Shown here in pieces: positions 1 to 6,068 of a stretch of 52,365 nt of DNA (position 1 is the stretch's first letter; the number at the start of each line of letters is the position of its first letter). The stretch is from a virus (Duplodnaviria > Caudoviricetes), in the IMG/VR virus record IMGVR_UViG_3300007960_000033, positions 1-52,365 of that record. One strand, 5' to 3'. The notes beneath the pieces were generated by a model that was not told the origin of the DNA, made no database searches, and saw only the letters and a program-made list of their open reading frames with translations. The position numbers were made by a program, and so were the translations under genes.

Positions 1-86
1 AAATACCTTTAAATACCTTATTAAATACCTTATTAAATACCTTATTAAATACCTTATTAAATACCTTATTAAATACCTTATTAAAT
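1..86. repeat. Tandem 12-bp repeat AAATACCTTATT (6 perfect copies at 11-82 plus partial flanking copies; may continue left of the window)
   Basis: Directly visible: units start at 11, 23, 35, 47, 59 and 71; degenerate copy AAATACCTTT at 1-10; no spacers. Confidence 0.97.
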
Positions 87-114
87 GTGTCTAGGTCTTG
101 TGATCTTAGACCGC

Positions 115-143
115 TCTCTATCATAAAACCTCGAAAAAGTCAA
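115..143 (-). promoter_or_regulatory. Possible leftward sigma70-like promoter pointing into the repeat array
   Basis: Minus strand reads TTGACT-N17-TAGAGA with TG just upstream of the -10; the -10 is weak. Confidence 0.35.
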
Positions 144-217
144 GCGCCCATACATCAGCATTCTCAGACATCTTATGAAAAATCATAGGGAATGCCCATA
201 AATACACTCACGACAGT

Positions 218-245
218 TGACATTTTCCCCATAAGATTCTATACT
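218..245 (+). promoter_or_regulatory. Sigma70-like early promoter
   Basis: TTGACA (218-223), N16, TATACT (240-245), upstream of the ORF at 277. Confidence 0.75.
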
Positions 246-276
246 TTAAAAGTTATCCAATCACCCAAAGATTCTC

Positions 277-441
277 ATGATTACTTACCTTTCAGCACAG
301 AAGCGTCGTGTTAGGATCACACTGGATATGGAGGTCTTAAATGATTTTGATCCTCGACAGATTGACTTTGAAAAGTTATTCAAACTAGAACCAACTGAGA
401 AGGTAGATGTTTATGTCGAAGACATGGACATTGACTGGTAA
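277..441 (+). CDS. Small hypothetical protein, 54 aa (not in supplied track)
   Basis: ATG277 to TAA441, MITYLSAQKRRVRITLDMEVLNDFDPRQIDFEKLFKLEPTEKVDVYVEDMDIDW; directly downstream of a promoter. Confidence 0.75.
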   Translation: MITYLSAQKRRVRITLDMEVLNDFDPRQIDFEKLFKLEPTEKVDVYVEDMDIDW

Positions 442-526
442 AGTATCAATTAGCAAAACGGTAGCGGTTGATACAGAACGAATCTGCGGGATGTGGGATT
501 CTATAAGGGTCGAAGGGAACACACCC

Positions 527-772
527 ATGAGCACTCTCTGCACTCAACAGTTCGCAACACCCGAGCACTTCGATCGTTGGGAAGCACATGCAAAGGTTTG
601 TGATGTGTACACCCTAAAGTATATCATCAAGGATTGCTATTCTGCTGCTGAAGCGATGAAAGGTTTCAACCCGATTCGTGAGGGTTTCTATCTCGATCAG
701 GCGGCAACTTACGGGATGGAATTGACACGCAGGAATCGAGAATTGCCTGCTGGTTTGCGTCATCGAATCTGA
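527..772 (+). CDS. Hypothetical early protein, 81 aa
   Basis: Likely start ATG527 (MSTLCTQQF...) after a GAAGGG...ACACACCC leader; the 407 start in the track would overlap the previous gene. Confidence 0.7.
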   Translation: MSTLCTQQFATPEHFDRWEAHAKVCDVYTLKYIIKDCYSAAEAMKGFNPIREGFYLDQAATYGMELTRRNRELPAGLRHRI

Positions 773-775
773 GGT

Positions 776-833
776 GTGCCAATCAGAAAACCGTCCACAA
801 CCCCTTGATCTCCACCCCGATCTCCTGTAATTT
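776..833 (+). promoter_or_regulatory. Early promoter with upstream cyanophage-type motif
   Basis: GTGCCAATCAGAAAACCGTCCAC (776-798), then TTGATC (805-810), N17, TAATTT (828-833). Confidence 0.6.
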
Positions 834-887
834 AGGTTCATCGGGGGGAGGGAAACGACCCCCACCACACACACCGCAACAATCACA

Positions 888-1202
888 ATGCGTAAGATCG
901 AGCGCCTGATGAACACCGCCATCGCTAACTATCAGGACTGGAAACTCGACAACACCGAGGTTGTTACCTATGACAATTTCACCTCTGTTTATCTGCACGA
1001 CAACCTTATTGCTCGCCTCGGTGAGAACTTCGTGCAAATCTTCGACGGTGGTGTAAAGTCTAAAACCACCAAGTCTCGCCTGAATGCTATTCTCCAAGAG
1101 AACGGATGTGATGGCGACAGTGTATTTCAGAAGGCACATCAGTGGTTCCTGCGTGTTGATGGCAACGTGATTCCTTTCGAAAACGGTTACATTTTCTCCT
1201 GA
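888..1202 (+). CDS. Hypothetical early protein of a cyanophage family, 104 aa
   Basis: Clean ORF MRKIERLMN...TTKSRLNAIL; GC-richer codon usage; has its own promoter. Confidence 0.8.
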   Translation: MRKIERLMNTAIANYQDWKLDNTEVVTYDNFTSVYLHDNLIARLGENFVQIFDGGVKSKTTKSRLNAILQENGCDGDSVFQKAHQWFLRVDGNVIPFENGYIFS

Positions 1203-1266
1203 TACTTTTGACCTGGTGATGTCATAAAACCCACCAACATTCACACCTTATTTGTTACTTTTGATC

Positions 1267-1488
1267 ATGAACTTCGCAATCTCTAACAGCACTGCAATCG
1301 AGAACATTGCCCTCGATGATAATACCGCCACCGTCACCTTTACTGGTGGACGTGCCTACGATTACACCCTGAACGATGTTACGTCCTTCGTAACTTCTCT
1401 CAGTAAGGTGATCGAAGCGGGCGAATCTGTTGGTCGTTTCGTTAACAACGAGATCAAGGCAGATCGTCTGATGCGTATCGCTGCTTGA
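1267..1488 (+). CDS. KTSC-domain-like small protein, 73 aa
   Basis: ATG1267; pattern STAIENIALD...VTFTGGRAYDY...GESVGRFVNNEIK resembles the KTSC consensus (SS.I....YD...L.V.F..G..Y.Y...S.G.FF...IK). Confidence 0.6.
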   Translation: MNFAISNSTAIENIALDDNTATVTFTGGRAYDYTLNDVTSFVTSLSKVIEAGESVGRFVNNEIKADRLMRIAA

Positions 1489-1495
1489 TGAGATT

Positions 1496-1545
1496 GTGGG
1501 GGCATTCGTTATACACAGTGCCCCCACTTATTTCGTTATTCTTTA
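1496..1545 (+). terminator. Intrinsic terminator closing the early cluster
   Basis: Stem GTGGGGGCA (1496-1504) / TGCCCCCAC (1519-1527) followed by a T-rich tail. Confidence 0.65.
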
Positions 1546-1577
1546 TAGCAGTATATGCGACTTATTCGTTATTCGTA

Positions 1578-1607
1578 TTGACAGTAAATGCGATTACGGG
1601 TTATTAT
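1578..1607 (+). promoter_or_regulatory. Possible sigma70-like promoter in the non-coding gap
   Basis: TTGACA (1578-1583), N18, TATTAT (1602-1607). Confidence 0.5.
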
Positions 1608-1886
1608 GATAAGCGGGGCGTAGCGTAATTAAAAACCCAAACATCCCTAACCTACAGAGGTGACAAAACGCGAGAGTGATATAAAAACTCAAAAAAATTT
1701 TCCGAGGGGTATAAAGATGTTTCAGAGGTTTATCAGAAAAGGAAAAACTAAAGATGGATTAAAGTATATGAGAGAGTTTATCCGATAATCTTTCTGAGAC
1801 TCTTATAAGATTCTCTGAATATAATACATAATAAGGCGAGATTAATAAAAGAGCGCCAGAAAAAAAAATCGGAATAAATTTTTTTC

Positions 1887-2078
1887 ATGAATAAGATCTA
1901 TCATATCTACGCAAAAGAAAAATGTATTATGCATAATGTTTCCGAGGATGATTTCAAATCAGTCTGGGAGACATTATATAATATGATTGACTTGCTGGAC
2001 ACACAGTACACTACAGAAGATTTAAACTATGAGGAGTTAGAAGTCAATAGGGATATTACGATAGAGTCATCCCATTGA
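1887..2078 (+). CDS. Hypothetical protein, 63 aa
   Basis: Clean ORF MNKIYHIYAKEKC...SSH directly upstream of the glycosyltransferase-like gene. Confidence 0.8.
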   Translation: MNKIYHIYAKEKCIMHNVSEDDFKSVWETLYNMIDLLDTQYTTEDLNYEELEVNRDITIESSH

Positions 2079-2103
2079 CAGGTACTAAATAAAACAGTAT
2101 AAT
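2075..2103 (+). promoter_or_regulatory. Consensus sigma70 promoter with a nested late-promoter box
   Basis: TTGACA (2075-2080), N17, TATAAT (2098-2103); CTAAATA at 2085-2091 inside the spacer. Confidence 0.85.
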
Positions 2104-2126
2104 TGATTTGAGGTTTTTATTCTCTT

Positions 2127-2915
2127 ATGGCAAAAGGATTTACGGTAAAAGCAAAAACGCCCACAGCGAGTAGTGCATCAGCAGACACAGAACAGTGGGA
2201 TTATGAAGCAATCAAAGAGCGTATGCGAGGTAAGGCGATTGTATTTTGCCTACCAGGACGCGGATGTTCTTTTACATTTTTAAAGAGTTTTGTACAACTA
2301 TGTTTTGATCTTGTACAAAACGGTATGAGTATTCAGATTTCTCAAGATTACTCATCCATGGTTAACTTTGCACGTTGTAAGTGTCTTGGTGCAAATGTTC
2401 TCAGAGGACCAGATCAAGTACCTTGGGATGGTAAACTTCAATATGATTATCAACTATGGATTGATAGTGACATTGTATTCAACACTGAGAAGTTTTGGCA
2501 ACTATGTGATCTAGCACTACCTGAAGATGGTGATGAGAAGGAGATTGTTGCTGGTTGGTATTGTACTGAAGATGGTCGTACCACATCAGTTGCTCATTGG
2601 TTAGATGAAGATGATTTCCGTGGTAATGGTGGTGTTATGAACCATGAGATGGTTGATGGTATCAGCAAGCGTCGTAAGCCATTCACTGTAGACTATACAG
2701 GATTTGGATGGGTTATGATTAAGAACGGAGTATTTGAGCATCCTGAGATTAAGTATCCATGGTTTGCACCTAAGATGCAAGTCTTTGAATCAGGTGCAGT
2801 GCAAGATATGTGCGGAGAAGATGTCTCATTCTGTCTCGATGCTATCGAAGCAGGTTTTGAGATCTGGTGTGATCCACGCATTCGTGTGGGACATGAAAAA
2901 ACTCGTGTCATCTGA
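2127..2915 (+). CDS. Conserved cyanophage glycosyltransferase-like protein (GT-A fold)
   Basis: LWIDSDIVF DxD motif; GFGWVMIK; GEDVSFC and RVGHEK motifs typical of GT2-like proteins. Confidence 0.8.
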   Translation: MAKGFTVKAKTPTASSASADTEQWDYEAIKERMRGKAIVFCLPGRGCSFTFLKSFVQLCFDLVQNGMSIQISQDYSSMVNFARCKCLGANVLRGPDQVPWDGKLQYDYQLWIDSDIVFNTEKFWQLCDLALPEDGDEKEIVAGWYCTEDGRTTSVAHWLDEDDFRGNGGVMNHEMVDGISKRRKPFTVDYTGFGWVMIKNGVFEHPEIKYPWFAPKMQVFESGAVQDMCGEDVSFCLDAIEAGFEIWCDPRIRVGHEKTRVI

Positions 2916-3081
2916 TCCATTAGTTAATATCCTCTATAACGGAGAGATTCTTTATAGAGGACTAAGTTATGAACAAACTGCTGAAAAGCTTGACGAAATA
3001 GCTTCTCAGATCTATGATAATGATGTTTACGACCCAACTTTAATAAAAATCGAGGTAATTAATCATGGCAAAGCGACCTAG
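2893..3081 (+). CDS. Small hypothetical protein, about 60 aa
   Basis: 3' part of track ORF 2734-3081; probable start ATG2893 or GTG2905; fills the gap between two genes. Confidence 0.6.
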   Translation: MKKLVSSDPLVNILYNGEILYRGLSYEQTAEKLDEIASQIYDNDVYDPTLIKIEVINHGKAT

Positions 3082-3208
3082 TTTTACTGGTGCAGAAAAA
3101 ATCGAGTCCAAACCCAAATCTACTCGCCAAGGTCAAGGAAAGAACACGAAATATTCTGCAACTTCTCGTAATAATGCACGGAAACCTTATCGAGGTCAGG
3201 GAAAATAA
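3065..3208 (+). CDS. Small basic protein ending YRGQGK, 47 aa (not in supplied track)
   Basis: GAGG Shine-Dalgarno upstream; MAKRPSFTGAEKIESKPKSTRQGQGKNTKYSATSRNNARKPYRGQGK. Confidence 0.8.
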   Translation: MAKRPSFTGAEKIESKPKSTRQGQGKNTKYSATSRNNARKPYRGQGK

Positions 3209-3229
3209 TAAAAAATACTAAAAAATAAC

Positions 3230-3298
3230 AAAAAAGTCGGAAATTTAGACCTATTTTTAGATCTTTTATGATCTTTATGTCTAAATTCGACTTTTTTT
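3230..3298. other. Long imperfect inverted repeat (terminator or processing hairpin)
   Basis: AAAAAAGTCG(GA)AATTTAGAC (3230-3250) pairs with GTCTAAATTCGACTTTTTTT (3279-3298). Confidence 0.65.
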
Positions 3299-3474
3299 AT
3301 GCTTATGTGGCGCTTTTCTCTACAGAAATATGAAAAAATAAGCTTCACCAGCGCGAAAACCGCTCTGTAAGAAGAAAAATATGGTAAATAGAAGTATATT
3401 GACATAAAAATAATAGACTAAAGCGGGATAGAAACCCCGTAAAAAGTTCTGTTAACCTAAATAGGAGCAAAAAG

Positions 3475-3717
3475 ATGGCAATCCATCAACAACCAGATAG
3501 GGATGTTAATTACATGAAAGAAGTTTGGGGTACAACACGTCTAGTTACTGACTATTGGTCAGGAAAATCAAAACCAAAAATGCTTCGTGAAATCAATGAA
3601 GATGATATGACACCTAAAAAGCATGATTTTAAGATTCAAAAAGAGATTCATGAAAGAATCCGTAATGACGATGACTATGATGATTGGAGTTATGGCACAG
3701 AACCAATATTTGGGTGA
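3475..3717 (+). CDS. Hypothetical protein, 80 aa
   Basis: GGAG Shine-Dalgarno at 3464-3467; clean ORF upstream of gp25. Confidence 0.8.
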   Translation: MAIHQQPDRDVNYMKEVWGTTRLVTDYWSGKSKPKMLREINEDDMTPKKHDFKIQKEIHERIRNDDDYDDWSYGTEPIFG

Positions 3718-3723
3718 TAAATA
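3717..3723 (+). promoter_or_regulatory. T4-type late promoter for the baseplate operon
   Basis: ATAAATA 22 nt upstream of the gp25 start. Confidence 0.65.
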
Positions 3724-3745
3724 TAAAGTAGATTAATAGTATTTC

Positions 3746-4147
3746 ATGCCTTTAGAACGGGTAATAAAGGACTTTAAGGACATTAGTGCTTCTTTTCAGA
3801 TTAATCCTCTGAATAGAGATATTATTGCGATAAAAAATGAGACCGCTATTGCTCGTTCTATTAGGAATATTATTCTTACTTCACCTGAAGAGAAACCATT
3901 TAACCCAGTATTTGGATCAAACGTTTCAAGACTTTTATTTGATAATCTTGATTTTATGACAGCATCTTTAATAAAAGATCAAATAACATTATCAATTGAA
4001 AACTATGAACCAAGGGTTGAACTTCAAGAGGTTGTAGTAAAACCAAACTATGATGATTATGAGTTTAATGTTACGGTAACATATACTATTGTTGGTATAG
4101 ATGCATTACCTCAACAACTATCATTCGCATTACAACCTACAAGATAA
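3746..4147 (+). CDS. gp25: Baseplate wedge subunit / sheath initiator
   Basis: FKDIS...IARSIRNIILT.PEEKPFNP.FGS...ENYEPRV motifs; directly precedes gp6. Confidence 0.93.
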   Translation: MPLERVIKDFKDISASFQINPLNRDIIAIKNETAIARSIRNIILTSPEEKPFNPVFGSNVSRLLFDNLDFMTASLIKDQITLSIENYEPRVELQEVVVKPNYDDYEFNVTVTYTIVGIDALPQQLSFALQPTR

Positions 4148-6064
4148 ATGTCAATAGTAAATTTTACAAACTTAGACTTTGATCAGATAAAATCTGGCAT
4201 AATACAATATCTAAGATCAAATTCAAACTTTACAGATTATGATTTTGAAGGGTCTAATCTTTCAACAATCATAGATGTTTTAGCATATAATACTTACATA
4301 TCGGCATATAATGCCAATATGGTAACAAATGAGATATTTCTTGATAGTGCTACTTTAAGGGAAAACGTAGTATCTCTAGCAAAACACATTGGATATGTCC
4401 CTAGATCAAGAAATTGTGCTAAGACTACTATTTCCTTCATCGTAGATATTACAGATAAATCAAACTATGACCCAAAAGCATTAACATTAAGAAAGGGAGT
4501 AGTTGCTGCAGCAGCTTCTGGATTTATTGATGATAGAGCCATATATTCAACATTAGATGATATTCAAGTACCAGTAATTAATGGGGTAGCAGTATTCAAC
4601 AATGTTGAAATATATGAAGGGTCAATGGTAACAAATAGGTTTGTTATCGATAGTTTAATCCCAAATCAAAGGTTTATCTTAGATAATAAAAACATTGACA
4701 CTAGTACCATTAGAGTCAAAGTAAGAAGAAGTGCAGAAAGCACCATCGTAGAAACATATAATGTGTGTAAAGATATATGTAGTGTCGGAGAAGACACAAA
4801 AATATTTTTCATCCAGGAAATAGAAGATCAGAGATATGAACTGATTTTTGGTGATGGTGTTATTGGTAAAAAACTAGATGATGCAAATATTGTAGAAGTT
4901 AGTTATATTATAAGTGATTCTGGAGAAAATGGTAATAATGTTAGAGATTTTACTTATATTGGAAAGATTTATGATGATAATAATAGATTTTTAGCAGTTG
5001 GAGTATCTGCTATAACATCTGATTCACCAACTCAAGGAGGAAGAGAGATAGAATCCATTGATTCTATTAAAAAATATGCTCCTAGATTATATGCAGCGCA
5101 ATCAAGAGCAGTTACTGCATCTGACTATGAAGCAATAGTATCACAAATATTTCCAGAAGCAGAATCAGTCTCTGTTTTTGGGGGAGAAGAACTAGATCCA
5201 CCACAATTTGGTAAAGTATTCATTACTATAAAGCCTTATGAAGGAGAAATTCTTCCCCTTACAGTAAAAAATAATATAAAAGATTCACTAACAAAATATG
5301 GTGTTGCTGGTATTAAACCAGAAATCATCGATTTAAAATATCTTTATGTTGAGTTTAATAGTTCAGTCTATTATAACTCTAATATGGTTAATGATGTACT
5401 TACACTACAATCAAATATTTTAGATAATATAAAAGAATACGCAAATTCTACAGAGTTAAATAAGTATGGTGCCAGATTTAAATATAGTAAGTTTTTAAAG
5501 ACAATTGATGAGACAGATCCTTCTATCACTTCTAATGTCACCAATATATCAATGAGAAGAGATCTAAAAGCATCTATAAATGCATTAGCTGAATATGAAA
5601 TATGTTATGGAAATGAAATACATGTAGATAACTGTGATGGTTATAATATTAAAACTTCTGGATTTAGAGTATCAAATGTTTTAGATACTGTCTATTTTTC
5701 CGACATTCCCAAAGGTAATGGTATGGGAGAAATATTCTTATTTAAAATGAATAGCGGAGTTCCAGTCATAGTTAGAAGAAACTACGGAGTTGTAAACTAT
5801 AAAAAAGGAGAAATAACATTATATCCGACTATTATAACTTCTACACTCAAAAATAAGTTTAATACTCCAGTTATTGAACTTTCATCAACACCAATATCTA
5901 ATGACACTATTGGATTACAAGATTTATATTTACAATTAGACTTTGGTAATAGTAAGTTAAATATGATAAGAGATCCTATATCTTCTGGAGAAGATACTTC
6001 TGGTTCAACTTACATCACTTCATCAAGTTACAAATCATCTAGAGGACAGTTCATAAGACTATAA
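4148..6064 (+). CDS. gp6: Baseplate wedge subunit
   Basis: LDFDQIK...FTDYDFEGSNLS...FLDSATLRENVVSLAK; RAVTASDYE motif. Confidence 0.95.
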   Translation: MSIVNFTNLDFDQIKSGIIQYLRSNSNFTDYDFEGSNLSTIIDVLAYNTYISAYNANMVTNEIFLDSATLRENVVSLAKHIGYVPRSRNCAKTTISFIVDITDKSNYDPKALTLRKGVVAAAASGFIDDRAIYSTLDDIQVPVINGVAVFNNVEIYEGSMVTNRFVIDSLIPNQRFILDNKNIDTSTIRVKVRRSAESTIVETYNVCKDICSVGEDTKIFFIQEIEDQRYELIFGDGVIGKKLDDANIVEVSYIISDSGENGNNVRDFTYIGKIYDDNNRFLAVGVSAITSDSPTQGGREIESIDSIKKYAPRLYAAQSRAVTASDYEAIVSQIFPEAESVSVFGGEELDPPQFGKVFITIKPYEGEILPLTVKNNIKDSLTKYGVAGIKPEIIDLKYLYVEFNSSVYYNSNMVNDVLTLQSNILDNIKEYANSTELNKYGARFKYSKFLKTIDETDPSITSNVTNISMRRDLKASINALAEYEICYGNEIHVDNCDGYNIKTSGFRVSNVLDTVYFSDIPKGNGMGEIFLFKMNSGVPVIVRRNYGVVNYKKGEITLYPTIITSTLKNKFNTPVIELSSTPISNDTIGLQDLYLQLDFGNSKLNMIRDPISSGEDTSGSTYITSSSYKSSRGQFIRL

Positions 6065-6068
6065 AAAT

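Noticed and set aside
1-86. CRISPR array
   Set aside because: The units are 12 bp, contiguous and have no spacers; there are no cas genes in the window
407-526. N-terminal extension of ORF 407-772
   Set aside because: It overlaps the 277-441 gene and crosses probable intergenic sequence; ATG527 is the better start
614-1527. Minus-strand ORFs 614-922, 783-1244 and 1255-1527
   Set aside because: They are shadows of plus-strand genes that have promoters and coherent protein sequence
2734-2892. Long overlapping 5' part of ORF 2734-3081
   Set aside because: It is an alternate frame inside the glycosyltransferase-like gene; only the 3' part looks coding
3196-3405. Minus-strand 69-aa ORF
   Set aside because: It is a low-complexity F/K-rich translation of an AT-rich inverted-repeat region
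3399-3430. Sigma70 promoter at TTGACA 3399-3404
   Set aside because: No acceptable -10 hexamer at 16-18 bp spacing
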